Below are positions 11,125-21,655 of a stretch of 64,000 bases of DNA, piece after piece. Every line of letters starts with the position of its first letter. Positions within the stretch are counted from its first letter, which is position 1. Source of the stretch: Selaginella moellendorffii (lineage: Eukaryota; Plantae; Lycopodiophyta); contig NW_003314261.1 in NCBI RefSeq assembly GCF_000143415.4, positions 971,325 to 1,035,324 of the forward strand. Direction: 5' to 3'. The notes below the pieces were generated by a model, which ran no database searches, was not told the origin of the DNA, and saw only the letters and a program-made list of their open reading frames with translations. The translations under genes were made by a program, and so were the position numbers.

Positions 11125-11524
11125 GATGGCATGTATTTATTTAAAAATGTAACTTATTATGGCATGGGGTTCCATGCCATTGTATTAATATTAAAAGACA
11201 ATTCTTTGAGAGGATTTGCATTATACTAGAAGTGTTACAGCATGTTATTGGAAGTCTACAAAGTTGTTTTATTAATAAGGGGAAAGTAAAGATTGAATGG
11301 GGACTTGGGCTCCACCTAGACTTGGAGCAATTGAGCCAATATTAAAAGGATGGAAAGAAATTAGACGACGATGACAAGGAGAAGAGAGAGGTGAAGCAGT
11401 GGCAGGGGGAGGAGAAGTGATTGAGTAGACATTTCCTTGTTTAAAATAAAATGGCATGTGCCTCAATGCAGTTGAATTTTGTTATATTTATATACTATAT
11501 AAAGGTTTGGAAACCTTATTTTAC

Positions 11525-11565
11525 AAGTGGGATAATGACAATTCCCACTTTAACGAAATAGAGCT
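11525..11565. repeat. Right terminal inverted repeat of the large transposon
   Basis: Reverse complement GCTCTATTTCGTTAAAGTGGGAATTGTCATTATCCCACTT versus MITE end GCTTTATTTCGTTAAAGTGGGACTTTTCATTATCCCACTT. Confidence 0.85.
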
Positions 11566-12037
11566 TAAGAGAAATTAATCTGAAAAGTGATGTTCCCACT
11601 AGAACATCCTAATTTCCCACCATCTAACCATGACTCAAGTTGAGGTAAACAACTTGTGTTTACATAACCATCTTCGTGCCACCACATCTAGATTTTATTT
11701 GCATTTGCCTCATGTTCTTCTTCAAAGGATGCAACTTGCCATTATTTATAGAATTCCTTAAACACTAATTAAAACTCTAGTTTGATAAGGTGGTAATATT
11801 GGTTTAGGTTTGAGTCTAGTGGAACTTATAAGTCCTTTCATGACCTTTTAAGGGTTGACCATTCCTAAAAAGTACTCAAACACCATTCCAGTTCACAAGC
11901 TTATCAATTCACTTTAGCACAATATTGGAGAGAAACTTCCAAAATACGAAATGCTCAAAGAACGAGCACGAAGCAAGCAATAAGTGAGTCTCTAAAAAAG
12001 GGACACAAGAGGACCAACACATGATATGTGGAGGAGT

Positions 12038-12430
12038 CCGAGATGGACCTGATATGGAGTCCAAGATGGAGTCCAAGATGGACCTAAGATGGAGTCTGAG
12101 ATGGACCCAAGATGGACCTAAGATGGAGTCTGAGATGGACCCAAGATGGAGTTCAAGATGGAGTTCAAGATGGACCCAAGATGGAGTCCAAGATGGACTG
12201 ACGTGGAGTTCAAGATGGAGTTTCAGATAGACCCGAGATGGAGTCCGAAGTGGTGTCTGAGATGGACCTGAGATGGAGTCCAAGATGGACCCGAGATGGA
12301 GTCTAAGATGGAGTCCGAGATAGACCCCCGAAATGGAGTCTGAGATGGAGTCCGAGATAGAGTCCGAGATGGAGTTTGAGATGGACCCGAGATGGAGTCT
12401 AAGATGGATATCCAAAAGTATAGTAGGGAG
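12038..12430. repeat. Degenerate 10-12-bp tandem array (GATGGAGTCCAA / GATGGACCCAA) within a TE-like relic
   Basis: About 30 units visible; followed by CCAAAAGTATAGTAGGGA, also found inverted at 24835-24852. Confidence 0.85.
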
Positions 12431-12664
12431 AGTGTGGAGGTTGCCCAGTGGAGCTAGTTTGGCCAAGAAAGGCTAGTGTGACCCAGAAAGGCTATGCCCA
12501 CGTGTTGGATGATGATATATTTACTGAGGAGTCTAAAGTCAGATGTAAGCAACCAAAGGGAACGACTCGAGAGACGATCCATGGGGTTCAAATATAGAGG
12601 GAAAGGGCCCATGAACAAGAGTGCACCCCCTTTTCCAATCGGTTAAGGGTCTTGGGATAGTTGG

Positions 12665-12720
12665 AGTTAAGCGTCCTTGGGTTTGAATAGTACTAGGCTG
12701 GGTGACCTCCCGGGAAGTCC
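12665..12720 (+). pseudogene. 5S rRNA-derived fragment (internal Pol III promoter core: A box, IE, C box)
   Basis: AGTTAAGCGTCCTTGGGTTTGAATAGTACTAGGCTGGGTGACCTCCCGGGAAGTCC closely resembles plant 5S AGTTAAGCGTGCTTGGGCGAGAGTAGTACTAGGATGGGTGACCTCCTGGGAAGTCC. The 5S 5' half and 3' end are absent. Confidence 0.85.
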
Positions 12721-15129
12721 AAACTTAGGAGCTTACACTAGAGTGAATATAGACAGACAAATGGGGTGGTTTGGTGAAGTGTTCAAAAGTCAACTTTAGT
12801 TCCCCTGGGAGATCGAATGGTCGATGCTCCCAGTCCAAACATAGGTGGCACTACCTACTTGGATAGTTGGTGTGGCTCAACAAAACCTCACTCTAGCCCC
12901 ATGGCTAGAGCACCCAAAGGTGGAAGGTGGGGAGAGTACCCATGATGTTTACATAGGGCCACGAAAAGTCCTAGATTATGGAAAAGAAGAGGGGTAGTCC
13001 TCTAATGTAGTGACCAAAGATACGATCACATAGTGAGGAAGTCCCAAAGGATAGTGGGACTTAGTGGTCGGGCTGGTGGGCCTTGACCCAATGGCAGTGT
13101 TGGTGAATATGACCATGGAAAGAAAGGGACTTGGTGGGGACTGAAAAAAGGATATTAGGGAAGGTTGTTCTTCATGTTTGTAAGCATCCTAAAGATGCTA
13201 AAGAGTGGATTTGAGATGATCACTCATGGATAGCCAACTTAGTTTTTGAGAGATGGGACTGTGATGCAAATGGTGTTGGACCACTAGTGTGGCAAAGATG
13301 AATGGACATAGCCTTAGTGTAATGAGCTGATATGTCAGTGGTACCATTGGGTGTCGGTCATGGGATCGGACATGTAGAGCACTTGGACCAAGTGCAAAGG
13401 TTGAGTGGCATAAATGCCATTCTCAAAGGTAGCAAGCCCTAAGTCTGGAATAAAACTTATGGAGGTTATGAGTAAGAATCCTTCAAATGGTCAAAGGTGT
13501 GGTTAAGTGACTAAAGTAGAATGGAAAATTTAGCGCTTACAATCTGTTTGAGAGACAAGATCTACACTAGAGGTGGGGTCCATTGTAGACATCTTGGAAC
13601 GATGGGGTGCTTTTACTTATTGACAACTTGGTCTAGAAATAATTTTTGTGGATGAACTCATATAGACAAGTTTGTTTTAGTTCAAGAATGAAGTCAACTT
13701 TTTATCACAACTTCCCTTCTCAAGATTCACACATCCAAGATTTTATCTTAAACAATATAATATGAACAAAAGATATTATTGTAACATATAAAATACAACA
13801 GACATATCTCCTTAAGTTAGTAACAAGTTATACATGCCATAGTAAGTCCTGCAAGTTAGCCTTGTTTAGTTAAGTCTTTTGCTAATACAGATTGAGTAAT
13901 GTGATTGCGATAAAATCCTTAAAGATGGTCTTTTGAATATACTTTGGAGTTTGTAGATGAGTTTTTCACAACCTTTTTCTACACAACATTTTTAAAATGG
14001 TTGAAAGAACTCCTTTATATCCCTTCTTGCATTGGATATACATATATGCTAATATGCATTATAGCTTTTTTAGCCATTCTATCCCGAGGAAAAAAGTAGT
14101 ACATTTTGGCCTTGTAGATAGCATAACATATAGGAGCATTTTTGCATAATCGACACTTAAATATAACAGCAATGGTATCATGGGTAGAAAGATTGTTGCA
14201 AACCCTTAAAAATTATGGAATTTCTACAATAATCTCAATTGCATACTTCATCCACACAATCCAAATACCTACTATAGTGAACTATACATATTGTGCCTTT
14301 GAAATGTTAGAAGTGTGTAATCTTGATTTTACACTAGTTGTGGATATCCTACTCCTTTTTTGTTTGGAACTAATATTGTTGATAAAATCTGGTAGCTTGA
14401 AAAAGATGTTGCCATTGTAGTGGGATGGAAGCTCACTCACGAGCCTATATAGAAACAAGTGCATATCAATTGAAAAGCGGGAAAGCTGGAAAATATTGCT
14501 AACAACTTTGAATATTTTTTAAGATGGAGTAACAACGTTAATCCCGGTGTGTGGGATTATAAGATGAGCATACCTGGATTGAGAAACCACTCCCTAGGCT
14601 ATTGGGTAGGTTCATCTCTAAGAATACTTGCTAAGGCATGATAGAAAGTGCAAAGCTATCCTCTTAATCTGGAGGAGAATGACCAAAAAAAAGATGTGAA
14701 GCCAAAAGCAAGTAGTAAGAGGATAGAACCAAACCATAGAAATCAAAAGGCATAACCAAGGATGGTTATGCTAGTTGGGAGTGGAAAATCAAGTGGGGGC
14801 TCGAGGGTGTTGTTGCTAGCAACCGTGATGCCATGGAGAGTTTAAAGTATGGAATTGTCCATACTAGACCATATGGCAATTAGAAAGCTTGCTTAGAAAG
14901 AATTTAGAAAATGTATAGCAACTTTGAATGGCACCTCATAAAGCTTTCAAAATTTTCAAAAAGCCTATAAAACCCATCCTTCTTAACAACACCAAGATTT
15001 GGGTGAACTACCTTAGACAGCTCTACACTTAGCAGATAAGAGACTTAATCACTTCCCAATCACAAGCCCCAATCCAATTCAATGAAGATAATAGTCTTGC
15101 TACTATTGATCGCCTTCACAAATGAAAAG

Positions 15130-15980
15130 CCTTAAATGCCTAGGGTCTCATAGATGAATTACTCCAAGTATATGACAAGGAGTTCCTTGCATACATATTC
15201 CACCCAATCTTTGAACCATCAGTAAATGAAGGTTTTCCTAGGGTATAAACAATGAATTGTGTGGTTCCTATCTACAAATTTGGAGATCCCATGATCCCAA
15301 AAAATTACTAAACTATTACGGTGAGCTCTATCTTCTCCAAGTTATTTACAACCATTTTAGAGGGTCATCGAGTCTCTTGGAGTGAGACTAACTCCAAATG
15401 AGCTACTGTAGATCATCTATGCTATAAATTGTGTATACAATGATATACCAATTGTTTTGTTGCTTTGTGGACTTTTGCAAAGCATTTGACATAGTCCCAC
15501 AAAAGGAATTATTTCAATGACTTTGGGAGTTAAATATTACACTAGAGCTTGTATATGCTATTCAACAGCTCTATGCAACAACTTTTGTAGAATATCCAAG
15601 AAGTCACAAATGGAATGCACAATAGGTGTCCAAGCAAGGGTGTCCTTATCCCCCATGTTATTTGGATTGTATATTGATGCATTAGAAACACTTCTTCACA
15701 ATGAAGATCTTTTTGACATTCTCATAGCTAATCTCTACTTATACCTCCTCCTATATGCAGATGATTTGCTCTTGTTTTCCACAACTTAACAAAGCCTCTA
15801 ATGCTAGTTAGACTTGCTCATGACCTTCTATTGCACTACTAGTTTATCTATGAATTTTATAAGATATAAGTCATGGTATTTAGCCATCCGCAACCAAGAT
15901 CCATTTGATGAGTTTGTCAATACAAAACACCATTATATGTTCTTTCTTCATTAGGATTCTTTGTCATATCTTAAATATAT
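15130..15980 (+). mobile_element. Decayed LINE (non-LTR) reverse transcriptase relic
   Basis: VVPIYKFGDP..NY*TITVSSIFSKLF, CFVDFCKAFDIVP, LSPMLFGLYIDALE, LLYADDL; many stops and frameshifts. Confidence 0.85.
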
Positions 15981-17727
15981 AAACTTGCCACCCTTTAAAT
16001 GTGTAAAGGTGTCTTTTGAAAAAACCTTTATGTAAATATTGGTGATAAAGGAGTTAAAGTCAGGAAACTCTTTAAGCTCATCCAAGAAATCACTATATAA
16101 CTTCACAAATGAGATAAAATTCACTATCTTAGATAATCCATTAGCCATCATATTACCACCTTCATATTTATACCGAATCTTAATAGATAATTTTTGTAGG
16201 AACTTTTACCAATAAGCAAAGTGGCCTTTTGACCACTAAAATATTGGAGAGATTGATAGTTTGAATTTATATGAAAGTTTGATCTATGTTATCATTCCTT
16301 CACAATAACAATCATGTCTTATATAAATAATGTTAAAGTTGTGGTTTATATATGCCAAAGGATGCCCAACTTGAAGCAAAATGGATCCAATATATAGCAT
16401 GTCATTTATATCTATCTAAACCATAAAACACTTCTTAGAATAAAAAGAATCCTCAACACTAAAGCAACATTATTTCAATTGTTGAAAAAACATTTAACAC
16501 TTCTCATCCCAACCATGAATAGTAATATACTTTAATGTGCTTTAGAGAAAATCATTCAAGAGAATAGCTATCTCTAGGAAGTCTTTTATAAACTGTTAAA
16601 AAAATCTAGCCATACCAAGGAAATTACAAAGATTATACATTATTGAAAGCATAAATCAGTCAATTATGATCTCACACTATATAATCAAATCAAATGTTTT
16701 AGATATTTAATATCCTCTAAAACAAATTAACTTCAAATAGAACTTGTTGTCTGTCAAAAGTTCCAAAACTCACATCTCATATTCCTCCATAAAGCTACTA
16801 AAATATCATCAAAACAATCAATTGCAAACTTCTCTAAGTAAAGTTATAAAACTTGATTTATCAACTTCTAAAATTTATAAAAATATTTGTCAAACCAAAT
16901 TGGCATCACTAAAAACTTATAATTACCCATACTTGCCTTGGTGGTCATCATTGTATATTCCTCATCCACTCAAGTCAGCCCTTAGAACATTGAATACTCT
17001 TAGAATATTCATGTGATTTATGGTCTAATTAAATTGGAAAAGCACGCTATTTGTCTGTGGAGGTAATAAAAAAGTAAAACTACAAATATTTCTTCATTTT
17101 ACTCCTCCCCAATGTGGTGAGTCACTTCTCAAGCATGCCATCTGGAAGGCAGAGAAGAAATGTTATGAAGAAAGTATAACATTTCTGTCTACATTTTAAT
17201 TGGTAGTTTTTTCCTACGGAGCTGAAGTGATTGTTTCAAATCCAAATGCAACCTCCAATGTGGATCTTGTCAAGTTATGGAGTTGTAGGTGATAAAATTT
17301 CTTTCCTCTTGGTGGCTCATTTAACGTTTGTCACTCTTTTCATGTGAAATTTGCATGACCTGATCTGATCAACACCATAAAACAAAGCTATGGACTCTGC
17401 TCTTGCAAAAGGAATCATGAGATTGCAAGCTTGATTCACAGGTTAGTTTTCTAAGAAGCAAACTGCCTCTGTGGCAGCAGCATTCCAGGTGGGAGAAAGC
17501 TCTTTTCCATCCAGCTTATGTGATTGCGTTCCAGGGAGTGTGGTCGCCCAAAAGCGGGGGAATGTGGATCTCCTCGAAGAAGGTAGAATCAACCTCTTTG
17601 AATCTGCGGAAGAGAATGCTGACCATCTACAACTCACTATTGGGAGTCCCAGTTTGTCTCAAAGCCCACCCGAAAACTTTGCGATCCTCTTGACTTGTAA
17701 CCAATGAGTTTTAAAAGAAGTTTCAGA

Positions 17728-18868
17728 TCAGTCAATGACAATGGAGAGGCATGTCAAACCTCCATCACCTTTGTGGAACTCTGAAATGTTGGCTGGAATG
17801 ACGCGCTCGGCAGAGTTTGCGTACAACTCGGCCAGATCGCTTCCGCAAGGATAAGCAGACGGATAGACAAGCGTGTTTCCCACCCAAAGGAGATTTGCCG
17901 CACCTTGGTGTGGAGTAAAGACGCAGTCGCACGAATCCATGGAAGCCTTTCGGATCAGCTCGAGCATCTGTTTGGCGTGGAAGGTCTCCTCGGCCAGAAA
18001 AGAGTTCCGGCCAAGCGGAGACAAGACTGCAAGCCAGCAAAGCAGCAAGAGACTTTAGAAAACAGAAAGAATACCAGTACCTGATTTTAAGTGCAAGGTT
18101 TCAGCAACGTCGATTGGAACAACAGGTATTGGAGAGAAGGCCCGTGCCAGTGCCTCGATTCCTCTCGAGTTTGTCCTCCTAATCAAGGAGATGTAAAAGA
18201 GTGAGTACTGAGTTCACCTATAGAGAGGTGCCTTACATGCTCTTTCCAACAAAGAGGGTGTTTTGGACGTAGAGAACATCGCCACCATCAATGGTACCGG
18301 GAGGCTCGACGTTGTGAATCTCGAATCCAAGATTTCTAAGCTCTGCCTCCACTGCTTCGACTTCTCCACGCCTCAAACTTGCTCCCTGTTATTGTGAGTT
18401 CACTGACTATCTGTGATAGATACGATAGATAACTCACAGGACGAGTGATGAGAGCTTTGGATCCAATCACGACCGCGGTGTCCTCGATGAAAGGGCAGTC
18501 GGGGAATTCGTCCATCGGTGAGAGCTCCACGACGTGATCGACGAGCTCTGGACTGGAAAACACGAAATGTGAGAAAATGGAAGCTCGATCGAGAAAGAAA
18601 ACGAGGGACAAGAGAACCTCTCAGGATGTTCACGTAATCCGAATGCTGCTTTCTCGCGAGCTCCACATCGATCGCCGCCTCAGACTTCTCCATTGTAATG
18701 CAGCTGGAGAAAGTGTGTGGAACTCCACGGACGAGCGCCAGGCGTGGCTTGCTAGAGTTCGTTGGCACCGCACCAGCTGCTGGACAGGAATGAGCTGCTG
18801 GAAGCGAGATAATCGAGAATACCTGACGCCACGCATCTGGCAGGGCAAACATCGAGCGCGCGCGCCAT
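17728..18868 (-). CDS. N(G),N(G)-dimethylarginine dimethylaminohydrolase (DDAH)-like amidinotransferase-fold protein, multi-exon
   Basis: ALVRGVP..F...IDVELARKQHSDYV, FPDCPFIEDTAVV, TIDGGDVL, RTNSRGI, LHLKS, SEFHKGDGGLTCLS with catalytic Asp/His/Cys; short GT-AG introns. Confidence 0.88.
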
Positions 18869-19092
18869 AGCTTCCCCTAGAACCCTAAAAATTTCCTCTA
18901 GAACCCTAAAAGTATGAATTTGGGGGAAAATAGAATCTTTGCGAAATATTTCCTGTGATCCAATCGAGCGCGAATGAATCGAGCACGAATCGATCAACGC
19001 GATAGCTGAGATTTTAGAAACCATCTCTCATTACACAAATTACACGGTGTTCTTGGATCTTCTTCTTTCGCGCAGCTGTCTGTGATCCTCGT

Positions 19093-19848
19093 CTACCTGG
19101 GAGAGACGGTGATGTTGCCAGCGTCCACCACTAGCTTCCCATTCCTGAATTCGCTCACGGCAGCCAGCGGCCACACAAATCCCTTCCATATCAAGCTCGT
19201 CGCCAGCGGCACATCGATGATGATCTCCTTTTGCGTGGGCTTGGCCTCAGTGCTGACAGCGATCAAGTAGCTCCGCCCAACCCATCCAATCCATCCCGCG
19301 ATGTAGAGGAAGATGAGCCCCGGATAGACGAACTCGCCCAGGTGCTGCTGATCGCCATCGACGATGAGATGGGGCAATCCATCCGCGCCACACAAGAGCC
19401 CAGCATCGCCATAGAACTTGAATCGCCGCTTGGTCTTCTCGATCGTGGCATTGATCGCCAGCGCCGGCGCGCTATCGTCGGCGTAGAGCTTGAGCCGCGA
19501 CTGGAGCTTCTTGATCTCCTTCTTCTCGCGCTTAGCAAAGGCCGCGGAATCCTTGCACTTGGTGAGGCCGGCTACATCCGCTGCTGCCTCGGGCGGCGCC
19601 GCCACGATTGGAGCGCTGCCGATGATCGCCGCCGCCGCCAGCGCAGCCGCCATTCTACCAGCATTGGATCTGGCCGCCTGCTGCTCACCCGAGGTGGAGG
19701 AAGCTTGGACGAGGAGAGACTTGGATCTCTTGGCGCTGCCGCTGCTGCCTCGAGGGGGCAATGCCAAACCCGAGAATGTGGAGCGCGAGGAGACATCCAT
19801 GGCGGGGTTCTTCAAGCTGGAGAGGGCGACGGACGATGCTGCAGCCAT
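19093..19848 (-). CDS. PSAF: Photosystem I reaction centre subunit III precursor (PsaF), single exon
   Basis: Transit peptide, then [19 protein letters not shown]...[53 protein letters not shown]...NITVSPR. Confidence 0.97.
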   Translation of the reverse strand: MAAASSVALSSLKNPAMDVSSRSTFSGLALPPRGSSGSAKRSKSLLVQASSTSGEQQAARSNAGRMAAALAAAAIIGSAPIVAAPPEAAADVAGLTKCKDSAAFAKREKKEIKKLQSRLKLYADDSAPALAINATIEKTKRRFKFYGDAGLLCGADGLPHLIVDGDQQHLGEFVYPGLIFLYIAGWIGWVGRSYLIAVSTEAKPTQKEIIIDVPLATSLIWKGFVWPLAAVSEFRNGKLVVDAGNITVSPR

Positions 19849-19928
19849 GGTAGATGGATGTTGGTGGAGAAGAGCCCCAGAAACAGAGCAAGGAGATAGG
19901 ATGATGGATGAATGGTAATCTTTGCTGC

Positions 19929-19938
19929 TACACGTGGC
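19929..19938 (-). promoter_or_regulatory. G-box (GCCACGTG) upstream of PsaF
   Basis: CACGTG at 19931-19936, ~85 bp upstream of the ATG; typical light-response element of photosynthesis genes. Confidence 0.55.
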
Positions 19939-21343
19939 TGTGCTTGAGTGGAGCACACAGGATAGCTAGATCATGTTAAATTTTAAATTAGTACTAGCAC
20001 TTAACTTTGCCTTCAAATCTGTTTTAGCCTATAGTTTAAAGGTACCATTAGGTGGATTCAAGCTTCCAGTTTTGATAAAACTTGGCAGGTTTGTAGTGGA
20101 TGTTATAAAAAACTCATAGCATCTGAAAGGTGGAATTTCCATGTTGATGAAATATTTCTACTTCTCATGACATAAAAAAAGTAAGTAGTTCAAGTTTTCT
20201 CTTGTGAGGTTCTGATTAGTTGAGTTTAAACTAAGATACGTGTTCTTAGCTTAACTTTACCTTTGGTAGTTCTCTTGTCAACTATTTGTTCATGTCCTGC
20301 TGTAGAGATCCGAATGTATTTAACTTTGAATGAGCACCATCAAGTTCAGTTGATATTTATGGCAAGTGAATATAATTGCCTGCTTCACAACTTCCCATTG
20401 ACTAAAACAGCATCTTTCTTCACCATGAAGCTATTACAAGCCATTGTAGATGCTAATTAAGCATGCAGTTAGCTTGCATCCTACCAGTGACACAAATGGA
20501 GTGGCTAAAGCAGTGGAACAAAGTTAATAATGTCACATTTCTTTGTGCTATAATATTACTCACATGCTTCCAATCTATAATAAGTATTATTTTATTAATA
20601 ATATTTAATAGTTAATTTACTAATTGAGAAATAAATTACACAATCCCTCATATATACTAAGGTTTTTCAATGTTCAATTCAGTTCATCATTTTTATAAAT
20701 AAGTTCGGTATGTGGATATTTATTAAACTTAGTGTTATATTCATATGGTATAGTCAACATAAAAGTATATGAAATTAAAATAATATATATTAATTAGCCC
20801 AAAATAATAAATTAAAAAATTCAAGAGATAAGGAAAATATATAAGTTATAAAAGAAACTAAATTAAATTTCTAAAAGGAGCTATAGTTTTGTAGCTTATT
20901 TAATTTTTAAAATGTTTTACTATTCAAAGATATAAATGTTATTTATGAGATTTACATAATAAACGTGGCTATTTTTAAGTTAACATAGAGATTCAATGTT
21001 AACTTTGAAAGTTAAAAACTTTATTTTTTAGAAATTAAATTAAATTATAAATTACGAAAATATTCATTAATAAAAATTCATACTCATGAAGATGACCAAT
21101 TTCTGTAAATATGACTGGTGAAATATCTTGTCTATTAAAGGAAAAAAAGATCAAAATTTATTTTCACATCTAGCATTTTCCAGCTAGTTTAGAATATTTT
21201 AATAAATTTTTTAAAAAAAATAAAATTCTCATTATTTACTAAATGTATAAAAATAATTTTAATTTTTTATTAACTATTAAAACTAATTTACTTGTGTTTT
21301 TAATAATATAAAAATATGCAATAATAACTATGAAACTATATAT

Positions 21344-21655
21344 ATAGGGATGGTAGTGGATATATCTAGAATATGCTTGGATATTCTAGGATATTCTACC
21401 ATCTAACAGTTATTGTTCATTTAGATTAATTTTGTATTTATAATTTATAAACATGTTTATAATTTATAAACTTTCTTAAACCCTTTCTAGTATATTCTTT
21501 TTGATTCTATCATCTAATGGTTGATATGCAATAAGATTAATTTTGTGTTTATAAATTACGAACATGCTTATAATTATAAACTTTATTTGATCAATTGGAT
21601 TAATAAGTAATAATAAGACTATTATTAAACAAACCAAGTGTTGTTACGCAATTTA
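21344..21655. repeat. Dispersed AT-rich repeat, direct copy at ~40415-40690
   Basis: Shared TTGGATATT.TAGGATATT.TACCATCTAA...TTCATTTAGATTAAT...CAAACCAAG. Confidence 0.8.

Larger units (their letters stand above)
1..11565. mobile_element. Large (>11.5 kb, left end outside window) Sola1-like DDD DNA transposon carrying cargo genes (ParB-like/MTase-like, FCP1-like phosphatase)
   Basis: Transposase ORF at 1-2976(-). Terminus 11525-11564 matches the end of the MITE at 41951 (37/40 nt). A 22-bp palindrome recurs throughout 1-11470 and in the MITE, and I did not see it elsewhere in the window. Confidence 0.75.

Noticed and set aside
1081-11472. Palindromic repeats as a CRISPR array
   Set aside because: Irregular spacing (50 bp to >1 kb), eukaryotic context, no cas genes.
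11909-12466. 185-aa ORF (and ORFs at 24821-25210)
   Set aside because: Produced by tandem repeat periodicity; no coding signal.
12665-12720. Functional 5S rRNA gene
   Set aside because: Only ~56 of ~120 nt present; no 5' helix or terminator.
19231-19918. Long plus-strand ORFs over PsaF (likewise alternative frames over ICE1 and PSRP6)
   Set aside because: GC-rich antisense or alternative-frame shadows of recognised genes.
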